Shown one piece after another: positions 1-11,236 of a stretch of 64,000 nucleotides of DNA (its first letter is position 1; every line of letters starts with the position of its first letter). Below the pieces are notes generated by a model. It saw nothing but the letters and a program-made list of their open reading frames with translations. It ran no database searches and was not told the DNA's origin. This stretch comes from an uncultured Nitrososphaerales archaeon. Its GTDB lineage: Archaea; Thermoproteota; Nitrososphaeria; Nitrososphaerales; Nitrososphaeraceae. The DNA lies in assembly GCA_963841565.1 (NCBI GenBank), contig CAWJCY010000013.1, positions 56,589 through 120,588 on the forward strand. The letters are read 5' to 3'. Made by a program: the position numbers and the translations under genes.

Positions 1-139
1 TGAAAATCAAGTTGGAAAGCCTATGAAGCGCAAACTTGGGACCACATTAAGTCAGTTGAACCTAAAGACGAAGCATTCCCATAGGAGGAATTTGAATCCT
101 ATGGCGATACTAGAAGTGGCTGAAAGTACACATCAGACT

Positions 140-919
140 TTAAGCCTTTTGGCCTACAAAAATAGAATTAGGATATGAAAAATAGATTTCGTTTCCTTCA
201 AAATGACTATCTAGCCCGAGTATGTTATTCTTTGTATCTTCAATAAATAATTGGCGAATTTTGTCAACATTAGTAGGATCGGGAAATGAGGTCTGAAGAT
301 GATCTTCAAGTCCAATTTTCATCCTATAAAACCCTCGTTTTAGAATTGGTATTCCCACTCTTTGGAATAGTTCTTCAAATTCGGATATAGTTAGAGATCT
401 TACATGTGACGGATCTCGGAGATGTTCTAGTTGATTATATTGAATTGCTTTCTCAGGAGGTGGGGTTGGATCGATTACTACAACTTTTCCTCCGATAGTA
501 CAAACTCTGTTCATTTCGATGAGGGCTGAAAGGGGATTCAACAAATGATGAAAACTAAACTTGGTAATGACGATAGAAAATGAATTTGATGCGTACGGGA
601 ATGTTTTTGTTATATCCCCCATATCCCATCTTACGTTGTCTAACTTGTTCGTTATCTGCAGGTTTTTGGCTTGCTCAATCATTGCGGGCGTTATGTCAAT
701 TCCAGTTACTTGTCTACATATCTTTGCGAATTCAATAGTTAGTGAGCCCGTGCCAGAGGCCACGTCTAGTACGATATCATTTTCGGTTGGTTGGAGGAGA
801 GTTTGGATTCTCTCAAACACTTCCCCAATATATTGACTAGATTTTTTAGCGAATGGCACAGCTTGCTTAGTGAATTGATCGATAATCAAATATCTATGAT
901 CGTATACCGGATTGTCCAT
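140..919 (-). CDS. Class I SAM-dependent methyltransferase (UbiE/Methyltransf_11-like)
   Basis: VLDVASGTG motif I, GIDIT motif II, FSFHH and GGKVVVID segments. Confidence 0.9.
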   Translation of the reverse strand: MDNPVYDHRYLIIDQFTKQAVPFAKKSSQYIGEVFERIQTLLQPTENDIVLDVASGTGSLTIEFAKICRQVTGIDITPAMIEQAKNLQITNKLDNVRWDMGDITKTFPYASNSFSIVITKFSFHHLLNPLSALIEMNRVCTIGGKVVVIDPTPPPEKAIQYNQLEHLRDPSHVRSLTISEFEELFQRVGIPILKRGFYRMKIGLEDHLQTSFPDPTNVDKIRQLFIEDTKNNILGLDSHFEGNEIYFSYPNSIFVGQKA

Positions 920-1835
920 AATACCATCCCTTAAATCAAAGATATAATCTCTTGTATTGTTACCAAACCCAATTAGCAGATGGAGAAAGCGATATTGCGT
1001 CCGTTAGTTTCCGACACCAAATAGAGGGGCACAAAGGTTATCACCAATAATACAAGAAGAAACGACGACCAAGATAAGTGATCACTCTAGACGCATTTAC
1101 AATCTATAAAAAGCAATGCAGGTGGACCTAGAGCAAACATGGTACCTCTAAGAAGGCAGGCGGCCAGAGAATTTGTCTAATCTCATGAGCGTGTTGGTCG
1201 CCTGTCCCTCAACCCTGTGCAGGTTTTATTTTGCCAGACTTTGTAGTCATTGTTTGCTTTGCGCTTTAGTATAAAAGACATTCCGGAACTTGGTTATTCT
1301 TATTAAGAATAGGTTCGTATATCGCAGCACTACATTAAGCGTTCGTCTGTCAGATTATAGGATTCTGGGTCAGAGTCTCTTTTATTAGGTGAAAATGCGC
1401 TTTGTAATGCTCGTTGCAGTGACGGTTTGTACATGTTGGACACTAAGCGGTAAGTTTGTTAAAACAATGTCAATGCCGCAAAAATTGTTTCAATTATTAA
1501 TTTCAAATCTATAAACACACTCTGTAACCATTCATTACTTCAATTGTTGTGTTATGCCAGTTGCAAGTTGACTCATTCTAGTTTTCCTTTTATCCACTCG
1601 TTCACATCGTGGACTTCAAATTCAAATTCAAATTCTACTTACCTGTTTGCTTCGTAGACTTGGACAGATGAACTGCTACTCCAATTCAGGGTAGCTTCTG
1701 GTCGGATTTCGTGATCAATATCTGGTCAACCATAGTAACTCTTTCTATGAACCTAAAACAAACGCCTAACGGAGTTGACTCGTATCCATGATAAGTAGTT
1801 AGATTATTTAAAGTGCGTATCACAATGGGGTCTGA

Positions 1836-2321
1836 ATGACTTCAAACCGACACAAGAATCCTATTCCGACTGTTGACATCATAATTGAACAGAATTCAAG
1901 AATTCTAATGATAAGAAGGAAGAACGAACCCTACAAGGGGTGCTTAGCGCTTCCAGGAGGGTTCGTAAACGAAGGAGAAAGAATTGAAGATGCCGCGAGG
2001 CGAGAGGCAAATGAAGAAACGTCCCTTAACATTGGCCTAAGAGAGATTCTTGGAGTTTACTCTGATCCAAAAAGGGATCCAAGAGGACATTTGATGTCAA
2101 CTGTATTTGTTGCAATACTTCCCGTTGGTAACGATACCGAACCTGTGCAGGCATCAGCTCAGGACGATGCAGAAGAGATATATTGGATCTATTTAGACGC
2201 TCTCGACAACAGTAATATAGCTTTTGATCACAAGAAGATTCTTTTTGACTATAAAGTTTGGAAACAGTATAACGGCACATTCTGGTCGTCAAAAAGCGTT
2301 ACTAACACTAAAGCCGGTTGA
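1836..2321 (+). CDS. NUDIX hydrolase (ADP-ribose pyrophosphatase-like)
   Basis: Nudix box GGFVNEGERIEDAARREANEETS; RDPRGH and AFDH motifs. Confidence 0.92.
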   Translation: MTSNRHKNPIPTVDIIIEQNSRILMIRRKNEPYKGCLALPGGFVNEGERIEDAARREANEETSLNIGLREILGVYSDPKRDPRGHLMSTVFVAILPVGNDTEPVQASAQDDAEEIYWIYLDALDNSNIAFDHKKILFDYKVWKQYNGTFWSSKSVTNTKAG

Positions 2322-2947
2322 GCCACCTAGATTAACCTGTACTAAAGATTTTTGGATCAAGATACTACCAAAAAAGAGATTAATAGTGAAATGAATAATA
2401 ATGACATTAACGTGCCGCTATGATCCATAGTATGAGCAGAATTCTATTATAGACAGTAATATGTTCTAACATGAACTCTTACTACGGAAAAGCCATAACT
2501 TTGTAATCACAGGTGTATATATTTGTAAACCATTTGTAATGTGTTATTATCTTGGGTGCTTTTAATTTATTTAAATATCTTGAAATATTTGAGACGGCGA
2601 AGTAACTCTTGAACCTTAGAGACATAGGGAGCCCATGTTGTATTCGATATTGAGGGAGCAGAAAGTCATTTCACCTCAATAAGGGGCACTCATGATTAAG
2701 CCCCCTTTGATTAGTGATGGATTCCTTAGCTTCCACCAAATAGAATGCGGCTAAAGGTGATTAAATAAAATTCTCTGATTTAAATTTCAGTTATAAGATA
2801 ATTGTCTTCTCAAGATTGAGAAATTGTTGGTGGTGATAATAAGACACATTTCCAACCAGAAATAACGCATAACATATTGGTACCACCCTAATATAATATA
2901 GCGGCTCAAATACCTGAATGACTACTGGTATTATGCACATAGTCATT

Positions 2948-4480
2948 CTAATCGAAATTTGCAATTAGATATTGTTCAAATTTGATCGTTTCATTTTTTC
3001 CTAACAAAATGTCGTCATGAAAGATTGCCTTTTTCCCTTTAGATACATAAATCTTGAGAATGGACGAATCCCTTAGTAATTCCGCAACCAAGTCAGGTCC
3101 CTTTGCTAACATCCCCCTCTCACCTAGAGCATACAAGGTATAATTATTATCATTGCCTTTTTCCAGCTTTGGATTCTCAAACACCAAGTCATATCTGTTT
3201 ATTCTATCTTCAATAACCAGCCTCAATTTTCCAATCTTGTCATCAATTTCCGCTTTCAAAACATATCTATCAAGACTTTCTATCTCGATACTACTCCCAA
3301 TCTGTGCTTCCGCATTATCACTAGCGGTATGATGGGAATTTCCATCCGCCTTTCGAGTCCATATCATCCCTTCCTCTGCTACAACTATTCTAAACTTGCC
3401 TTGCGCCCCAGATATCTTAAGATGTGAATCAATTGTGCTCTGAAGTCCTGCTGAAGTCATTGGTTTAGTGGGTCCTCTGAACCACTGATTCGAACCTTCA
3501 TCAAAATCTTCAAGACCACTGTAATGTACTATGTAACATTCCTTGGCGTTCCACCTTCTGACGAGATCATATGCTTCGGTGACCGAGATCATGCCTGTTT
3601 CAGGGTGCGGGTTATAAGTTTCAGCCCCAAGAATTAGTAAATCTGGATTCCAAAATACACTTTCTTTAGCTTCTGGGAGGGACAAAAAATCCCATCCTAT
3701 AATTATCTTCATATTCAGAATGTTTACAACATAGATAACAGAGTCATCCGAAGACTCATTCCCGTGGTATGCTTGAAAAGCGATTATCGAAAATGGTCCC
3801 ACATTGAAATATTCGTTGGGAGTTACAACTTGGAAGTCTACGTACTTTTCAATATTATTCTTTGTCAAAGGGGTGCGCGACAATAAATCATCAATTATAT
3901 GTTTCTCGCATGCACGCGTACAATAGACTCTAATTTTGCTCCTCGCTACATTCTCTGCGATTGAGGACTGCCGTTGAATAAGTTTGGGAAGGTCACTTAT
4001 ATGATCCTTATGTGAATGAGAAATTAGTAAAGCGTCAAAAAGACGAGCGTCTTCTTTTCGTAGAGCTGGATCCTGCGTTTGAGAGCTGCGCGAAGAGAGT
4101 AGCAATGGGGAACCTATCGCTGGACTAGGATGTAAGCTCGGCTGACCGTGATTTCTCTCTGAGCGATATTTTTCTATCCCTAGGTCTGAAAGTCCTTTTT
4201 CAACACTACTAATTACGCCTTCGCCGAGATCGAAGAGGATATGAAAGTCTGAATCAAAAGTATTCTGTTTGGTTTCTTGGATTATTATTGAACAAGATGT
4301 ATTTGCGTCACTCCTAGATTGTACTATCTCTGCATATCTTTCAGATGTCTCTTGAGTACCCAAACGGCTCTTATCAGGTATGACTCCATTAATTCTGACG
4401 ATTACCTCTTTTTGACTTAATTGATTATCACCGGAAGATTGAGCAAGATTCTTAATATTTTTGTCATACGATGGAATCAT
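2948..4480 (-). CDS. Metallo-beta-lactamase-fold hydrolase (PhnP/PqqB-like) with extra C-terminal domain
   Basis: ILFDLGEG, HSHKDH (HxHxDH), AYHG, GWD and VHYSG metal-binding motifs. Confidence 0.8.
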   Translation of the reverse strand: MIPSYDKNIKNLAQSSGDNQLSQKEVIVRINGVIPDKSRLGTQETSERYAEIVQSRSDANTSCSIIIQETKQNTFDSDFHILFDLGEGVISSVEKGLSDLGIEKYRSERNHGQPSLHPSPAIGSPLLLSSRSSQTQDPALRKEDARLFDALLISHSHKDHISDLPKLIQRQSSIAENVARSKIRVYCTRACEKHIIDDLLSRTPLTKNNIEKYVDFQVVTPNEYFNVGPFSIIAFQAYHGNESSDDSVIYVVNILNMKIIIGWDFLSLPEAKESVFWNPDLLILGAETYNPHPETGMISVTEAYDLVRRWNAKECYIVHYSGLEDFDEGSNQWFRGPTKPMTSAGLQSTIDSHLKISGAQGKFRIVVAEEGMIWTRKADGNSHHTASDNAEAQIGSSIEIESLDRYVLKAEIDDKIGKLRLVIEDRINRYDLVFENPKLEKGNDNNYTLYALGERGMLAKGPDLVAELLRDSSILKIYVSKGKKAIFHDDILLGKNETIKFEQYLIANFD

Positions 4481-4970
4481 ATTCTATAAATGCAACAAAT
4501 GATTTATAACTATTATAGGTTGTCAATTGCGAAAATTAGAGATTCAGATCAATGGTTTCTGGTTAATTCAAAAGCATTTCTAACCAACAAATATCATGAA
4601 TTATCTGGCAACCTTCAAATGTGGCTCAAATGCCATTACTGATCTGAAGGATTACTGTTCGAGTTTAAAGCTTGCCAAAAATTAGTTGGAGAATAATTAG
4701 TTTTTTGATGAGCACTTTGTCAATAGAAATAGTTATAAAACTCAAATATGGAATATGAGCGAAATCTGAATAATTTCCGAGACAATGACACGCAGAAAAG
4801 GTGCAGAGATATTTGTTGAATTCGTCCAAAACCACACTAGTCATGTTCGTCCTACCTCTCTTTTCAGCCCCACTTTGATAATACTAGCGATATCAGATCA
4901 TACTAGACCCCACCAAGAAACAGAATCACAGTAGAGGAAAGTTACCTGTGCTTTCATACTCTTGAGCGCA

Positions 4971-5207
4971 TTACTCCCGCCCGTATAATTCCTTGTCAAA
5001 GGACAAAATCGCAAGAATCAACGCTGTAACAGCGAATATTCCTGCAATTGTGTAAAATTGCCATGGCACTGTAGGAGCAGAAGCTGGCAGTGCGTAAGAG
5101 AATACAAATGCAACAAAAAAGAGCACAGCGACCACGATACCACCAACAAGTCTCCAAACTGACCGGTCGAACCTTTTAAGGAATCTAATTTTAGAATATA
5201 TATTCAT
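4971..5207 (-). CDS. Small two-TM membrane protein
   Basis: 78 aa with two hydrophobic stretches, ATG start. Confidence 0.6.
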   Translation of the reverse strand: MNIYSKIRFLKRFDRSVWRLVGGIVVAVLFFVAFVFSYALPASAPTVPWQFYTIAGIFAVTALILAILSFDKELYGRE

Positions 5208-6055
5208 TCATTTGCCTCGAGCTTATTCACGAGTAATAGCTAAAATTTAATGTTGAGATCACGAAATCAAAAACCCTCACCTCATAGCTGACGACTGACA
5301 AACTAGACTAGTAGAGATTCGCTAATAGCTAAATTTGTTAACATACAGGTCGGTCGCAATTCAGCCATTAGATCAGTGTTACTTTGATGTTCGATTTATA
5401 GACTGAAGGGAGAGAAAGTGAGATAATCTATGGGACCGGTTAATTTGCCAAGTGTACTTGTTGATACAAATACTCGAATCAATATGCATACCGAAAATTG
5501 GAGAATGATGAGTCCAGCTCAGACTTCAAACTCTGAAAGGGTGGTTCGAGACTACTCACCACAATTCAAAGGACGATCGTGCTGTAGAATACTTCAGAGG
5601 CTTATGGTATGCGGCTCGCTGAACTGAAATTCATCGATAAGGGGATCACAAACATGTCATAGGACCAAGGCATTGGGGATGGGCATGTAGAGAGGGAAGT
5701 GAAAATAAATAAACTCTGAGAATTAATTTATGACGTCGACCAAAGAGAAAGTATCCAAGTCTTTCGACTGATAATGTCTTAGCGCTTAAATGAGATAAGA
5801 ATTACTCTAAAATCTTGAATCCTACTAGTATCATTATTCTTATTTCGTAATCAACGGTAGAAGTTCTTTCTACAAGGTTTACTTGAAGTTGACATTATTA
5901 ACAAATGGTATAATTTCAGTCTTTTCAGTTATTCAATCAACGTCATTGAATTTTTAGAAAGCCTACAAGTGAACTTCTTACAAATTTCTTCATTTTCACT
6001 AGATCACGCTGATATGGGTTACACATGATGAAAGTTTTTATAAGTCCCATCTGAC

Positions 6056-7216
6056 TTGGTAATATTGGTAAACCTGGGACTGTTTTTCGTTATTGTTGCG
6101 AGTATTGTGACCTCATTTATGTCGTACTCGACAAGTCAATTTCAAAATTCTCATTTTTCCACGGAAGCTTTGTCAGTAAACCAAGCTCTGGCACAACCAG
6201 ATGGAGACGGTTCGTCCGAGCCCACTGACTTGGGAGAAGCTGACAATCAGCAGACTGAAAATGAGAATGGTCCTGAACCTCCAGGCGATTCAGGTGGGTC
6301 CCCTTCAGAGGATCTGGTCGTTCCACCTAGCGACGGGTGCCCTACAGATTTTGTATTGGACCCAACGACAGGGGAGTGCGATTCGACTTTAGGTCCTTGC
6401 CCAGAAGGCGAGACCAGGGGGCAGGCTGGATTTTGTGCAGTAATGCCTGAAAATTGCCCTCCTGGTATGTATATCAATGAGGATCCTCTTTGCGAGCCCT
6501 GCCCAACTGTAGGTGATGTTCCCAGCGAGTGTACTGCTCCAGAACCAGAGCCAGAACCAGAGCCAGTAACGCAACCAGAACCAGAGCCAGAACCAGAGTC
6601 AGTAACGCAACCAGAACCAGAGCCAGAACCAGAGTCAGTAACGCAACCAGAGCCTCTGCCCAATCTAAATAACACTACAAATCCTGGTAATGCGTCTATC
6701 ATTACTATTAACAATGCTATAGCACAAGCATTTTCTAGTACGACTTATAACACCAATGTTCTACAACAATTGGCACAGAACACCCTCCTTGTGGGTGAGG
6801 AAACAATCCCTCTGCAAGGTATGATTAAGGCAAATGATTCAAGACTACTTTCTACATTTGATCCGTTTAGACTAATAGGTGGTAGCGCAATAGTTTACCT
6901 TCCGACTAGCAATCTTTCTTCCTCATCCTCATCTTTTCCTACCAGTACTTCATTTGTAACGACTCCTAGTAACCTTCAGCTAATAGCATTCGATGATGAT
7001 ACTCAGCAGTATGTTACTCTCCCATCCATGAAGATGTCCATCCTGGAAAACTCTTATAAGACCGTTCTAGGAGCGGCGTTTCAAGGTACTAATCCATTTA
7101 CCGGAGAGCAAGTTACTGTAGACAATATCAAAGCACTATTTTTGCTTAATGAATCTAATCAAACAATCTCCCTTGGATATGGTAGTAGCGTTGCTCTGCT
7201 GACGATAGTAAGGTAA
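6056..7216 (+). CDS. Secreted/surface protein with Cys-rich domain and Pro-Glu linker
   Basis: Hydrophobic N-terminus, ALA-Q cleavage-like site, 8 Cys in CP-rich repeats, (PE)n repeats; BRE/TATA GAAAGTTTTTATAAG at 6030-6044 suggests the start may be TTG 6065. Confidence 0.8.
   Translation: MVILVNLGLFFVIVASIVTSFMSYSTSQFQNSHFSTEALSVNQALAQPDGDGSSEPTDLGEADNQQTENENGPEPPGDSGGSPSEDLVVPPSDGCPTDFVLDPTTGECDSTLGPCPEGETRGQAGFCAVMPENCPPGMYINEDPLCEPCPTVGDVPSECTAPEPEPEPEPVTQPEPEPEPESVTQPEPEPEPESVTQPEPLPNLNNTTNPGNASIITINNAIAQAFSSTTYNTNVLQQLAQNTLLVGEETIPLQGMIKANDSRLLSTFDPFRLIGGSAIVYLPTSNLSSSSSSFPTSTSFVTTPSNLQLIAFDDDTQQYVTLPSMKMSILENSYKTVLGAAFQGTNPFTGEQVTVDNIKALFLLNESNQTISLGYGSSVALLTIVR
6539..6646 (+). repeat. 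3 x 36-bp in-frame tandem repeat encoding PEPEPEPE(P/S)VTQ
   Basis: ccagaaccagagccagaaccagag(c/t)cagtaacgcaa x3 read directly. Confidence 0.95.
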
Positions 7217-7341
7217 ATAGTCGACAAGAAACCTAATTACGTTCTCTTCCTATGGAACAGCCTCACACACGCCTGTCGTACACAAAAAAGATAAAGCACA
7301 GGGATCAGCGATCATTTTTATACTACCTAAAATAATTTCTG

Positions 7342-7608
7342 CTAGTGATCGAATCGATCCTTCTCTTTACCAAATGAACGGAACAGCATCCCACTAAAGA
7401 CCAATATTGCCGTTAAAGCAGAGCCTACAATAGCCCTCTCGAGGGGAATTGAGGCAAGTATAGAAATCATTAAGAAGGTTATTGCCCCAGCCGCAAGGCT
7501 TATGGGTAGCCAAGTCTTTATCGCAGATGAAGACCTAATCACCCTGTTTCTTTGGTTATTTAGTTCTCTATCCCAATATATTGATTGCACCTGATGTGCC
7601 GTAACCAA
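7342..7608 (-). CDS. Small two-TM membrane protein
   Basis: Two hydrophobic helices; divergent from the PAC2 gene. Confidence 0.55.
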   Translation of the reverse strand: MVTAHQVQSIYWDRELNNQRNRVIRSSSAIKTWLPISLAAGAITFLMISILASIPLERAIVGSALTAILVFSGMLFRSFGKEKDRFDH

Positions 7609-7652
7609 TATTCCATCAAATATTTTTAAGGAAAGATAGGATTACAATATTA

Positions 7653-8399
7653 TTGTCACTTGAATCTCGAATCGAAATTCATACCGTGAAGAAGGTAAAT
7701 CTTAAGGGAGGTACTCTTATTGATGGTTTCCCAAGCGGAGGATTAACAAATTCAATAGCCTCAATGTGTTTCATGAATTTAGTACTCAACGATCTTGTAT
7801 CGGTAATGGATTCACCAGGTTTTCCACCAATATCTATGGTCTATGAAGGAATCGGAAATTTTCCTACTAGAATTTATGCAAACGAGAATCTCAAAGTTGC
7901 CTTTCTAATCTCTGAACTGAAGGTAGATACGTCTATCTATTATTATGTTTCAAGAACAATATTACGATGGGCTAGAGAAAATGAATGCGAACTAGTGATT
8001 AGCGCAGGGACAGTACTTGATGAAGAATCAAACGGTTCACAAGAGGGACATGCAATTGATAGTGTATACGGAGTGGCAAGCACGAAAAGGGCTAGAGACC
8101 GAATTAGAAACACTGAGATGATACGAGAGTTACCTAGCGGGGCGGTAAGTGGAATACCTGCATTGCTGTTGAATGAAGGAATTGTCAAGAAATTTGATGT
8201 CATTGTTTTGTTAGGGAAAACTATTCAAGATACTTCGGAATTTGGGCCTGCTGCATCCGCTTCAGAAGCCATCATGAGACTGGTACCGGGGCTTTCTTGC
8301 GATACCGGATCCTTACTTACCAAGGCACAAACATTTGAACAAAATTCAAGAAGGGTCAGGTCTGACCGTAAAGATTCTGCTATAAATCTGTATCGATAG
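7653..8399 (+). CDS. PAC2 family proteasome assembly chaperone-like protein
   Basis: LIDGFPSGGL, FPP, PTRIY, GAVSGIPALLL; ends in LYR (HbYX-like C-terminus). Confidence 0.85.
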   Translation: MSLESRIEIHTVKKVNLKGGTLIDGFPSGGLTNSIASMCFMNLVLNDLVSVMDSPGFPPISMVYEGIGNFPTRIYANENLKVAFLISELKVDTSIYYYVSRTILRWARENECELVISAGTVLDEESNGSQEGHAIDSVYGVASTKRARDRIRNTEMIRELPSGAVSGIPALLLNEGIVKKFDVIVLLGKTIQDTSEFGPAASASEAIMRLVPGLSCDTGSLLTKAQTFEQNSRRVRSDRKDSAINLYR

Positions 8400-8403
8400 A
8401 AAT

Positions 8404-8453
8404 GTGGCAATGGCAACTGGTCTTCTCCTTCACTTTTGCCTTTTCATTGCCAC
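8404..8453 (+). terminator. Stem-loop just after the PAC2 stop (possible terminator or 3' structure)
   Basis: GTGGCAATG...CATTGCCAC perfect 9-bp inverted repeat with inner GCAA/TTGC pairing. Confidence 0.4.
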
Positions 8454-8912
8454 CTATTGATCTCTTACCGACTGTTAGGGCAAAAAGCAGGCTAGACTTA
8501 ATACCTCCATTGATAATCCATTATATCAACCTATATTGCAGAATTCTCAGATATAAGAATTAAATTCCTTAGAATTGCTTATATTTCTTCAATTTATCCC
8601 AAAATTTTGTGAAAGTCTTGGTAGCCTCGTCTGTTGCAAGTTCCCATACCAATACATATCGGAGTCTTTTCTTGACAATATGACAGATTCATCCTTGATT
8701 ATTGGAAGGAAAGCGATAGTTACCTAACTTTATCTCATATCATAATCAATGTTATGCAACTCCGGACCTTCAGCTATCACACGGAACATTCGCTAATTCT
8801 ATGTCGCCCCTAACCCTTTAGTTGTCGAATTTATTCTTAGCATGCATCCAAGCAGAACAAACTACCGCAATCATTATAAGATCTGAACAATACGAAGAAA
8901 TTTGTTAATTTG

Positions 8913-10620
8913 ATGAATAGCAGTAATAGTGTAAGAAGAGGTGAATTATCATTGCTTATTCCAACGATAATTGCATTTAGTTTTGCAATTGCATTGTCAT
9001 TTTCAGCTTTGCAGGACTATGGTATCCTTCCCGCATCACACTCATTATCCGTTGCAGTCTGCGTTTGTTTTTGCTCAGACAACTGATGAACCTGTACTTA
9101 GATATTCTGATGATGTTGGTAATCCCGTATTCAATCGGCCGGGTTTTACAGCCGAAGTAGCAGCCGATGGCCTGTCTTTACCCACTGCCATGGCCTTCTT
9201 ATCACAAAATGACATCCTAGTCTTAGAAAAAGATAAGGGGACTGTCATGAGGGTTATAGACGGGGAAGTACAACCTCAGCCTTTGTTGGATGTCAGCGTG
9301 GCAACTGAAGTAGAAAGATGCATGTGCGGAATTGCCATTTCACAAAACAATGAGACAGGTAAGACGTACGTCTTCTTGTACTATACCGAAGCTCAGGGTG
9401 GGGATGGAGGTGCTCCAATAGGAAATCGGTTATATAGATACGAACTTGAAAATGGGCAGTCAGGAGGCGTGACAGGAGCTGCCAACATTGACTCCACTTC
9501 TGAGGCACCGGCGAGTTCTCCTTCGACAGCCAAACTGGTTAACCCTATACTGCTACTGGATCTACCTGCAGTTCCTGGTCCTAGACACAACGGTGGCGCA
9601 ATCACAATTGGACCTGATAATAACTTGTATATCCCAATTGGAGATACAGACAAAGTGACAGGAGGAACAACACAAACACAGAACAATGATGAACTTCCCG
9701 CTGACGGGTCAGGAGGTATATTAAGAGTAACACAGGACGGTGAACCAGTTATAGACCCAAGCACTGGAAGTTACATCTTGGGAGACGACTATCCTCTTAA
9801 TTTGTATTATGCGTACGGCATACGTAACAGTTTCGGAATTGGTTTTGATCCTATTACAGGAAATCTTTGGGATTCAGAGAATGGTCCGGGGTATGGTGAT
9901 GAGATAAACCTAATATACCCAGGCTTCAATAGCGGTTGGAATCAAATTCAAGGAGTTTGGCAACGTGGGGAAGGAGACCCTCGAGAAGGTCAGAGCGCCA
10001 TTGCTTCTGTCCAACCTGAAGGACTTGTTGATTTCGATGGTAAAGGACAATATCAACATCCAAAACTGACATTCCTCTATACAATCGGTCCGACCGCACT
10101 CAAATTCCTAGATTCCGCTAAATATGGTGCTGGGTATCAGAACGATCTTTTTCTGGGAGATATACATGCGGGACATTTATATCATTTCAGCCTTAATGAG
10201 GATAGGACAGAACTCTTGCTTCCTGAACCTCTAATTGACAGAGTAGCAGATACAGACGGCGAATCTGGTTCAGAAGCCATACTTTTTGCTACTGGATTTG
10301 CAGGCATATCAGATATTGAAGTGAGTCCTTTCGATGGATATATGTACGTGGTCTCCTTGGGACAGGGCAAGATCTTCAGGATATTACCTACTGCAGATTT
10401 GGATATGTCTGCATCTGGGGATTCTATTCCAACAATTCCTCTTACCTCTTCGGAGACAACTCTGCCTCCTGTAGGAGATGAGACGGTTGAAGATAACGAA
10501 GAAAATAACAATGAACAAGTTTCAGACGGATCAGATGATGACGGGGAAGGCAACAACAACGACGATAGCGAAAATGGTGGCGGTGGTGGCGACGAGGCAG
10601 GTAGCGAAGACGAACAGTGA
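8913..10620 (+). CDS. Secreted PQQ-dependent sugar (glucose/sorbosone) dehydrogenase; signal peptide separated by a +1 frameshift at about 9030-9050
   Basis: HNGG, YAYGIRNSFG and ENGPGYGDEIN motifs; ATG 8913 encodes MNSSNSVRRGELSLLIPTIIAFSFAIALSFSA in a frame offset by +1; acidic C-terminal tail. Confidence 0.85.
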
Positions 10621-11200
10621 TGAAAGATTGGTTTTCGAACATCAAACATAAGGACTGAGGGATTCTTGAAAATAAAGGAATTATCAGGCGATATCTCGAC
10701 CATGAAGTAGGCATGTATCGCAAGATAACTGAAATCTATTTTTCGTGAGTTACTGAAACCCTGACATCCGCTGACAGGTTAGAAATCGTTTAAGTTCTCA
10801 AATCACTAAGGATGTTTCATCATCAGTAAGAAATTCGTGTAAAGACCAATTTAGGGAAATTATTTACAATTCGTAGTTAATATTCCATACTCCATGCCAC
10901 CTTCTGGGTAAAATCTTAATCTAGTTCAATCTGCTTCTCTAGCATACTGCCAATAAGTTCGGGTCATATGAGATACAATTGCAATAATTTGGTCGAGTCC
11001 CCGTTTGTTACAAATCTTGGCACTAGTGATTGAAATGACCGAGACATGCAAAAAATCTTGAGATCATAATGAAATAGCCCTCCATCAAAAAAGCCTACGA
11101 ACATCTCATTAGGACATGGAAAACACAACTTCTGCAAATCCTGCAATTCATAGTTTGAATAAGAAGTTACTTTACTGTCTTCACTTCATATCGATCTCCC

Positions 11201-11218
11201 CAGAAAGTTTTTATCATT
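11201..11218 (+). promoter_or_regulatory. Archaeal BRE/TATA promoter, leaderless spacing
   Basis: CAGAAAGTTTTTATCATT about 25 nt upstream of ATG 11237. Confidence 0.6.
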
Positions 11219-11236
11219 CATATTCTTGCTAATGAT

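Noticed and set aside
1345-1535. Minus-strand remnant CPTCTNRHCNEHYKAHFH (small Zn-finger-like)
   Set aside because: An in-frame stop precedes it and there is no usable start; too short to call.
5500-5562. tRNA-like T-arm GGGTGG-TTCGAGA-CTACTC followed by ACCA
   Set aside because: I could not build an acceptor stem, D-arm or anticodon arm.
6117-6714. Antisense ORFs with GSGSG or WLWFW repeats
   Set aside because: They are shadows of the PE-repeat gene on the opposite strand.
11003-11032. Minus-strand ATCACTAGTG-n9-GTAACAAAC, the two halves of the dispersed motif in swapped order
   Set aside because: The matches are short and could arise by chance in AT-rich DNA; revisit only if a genome-wide model supports it.
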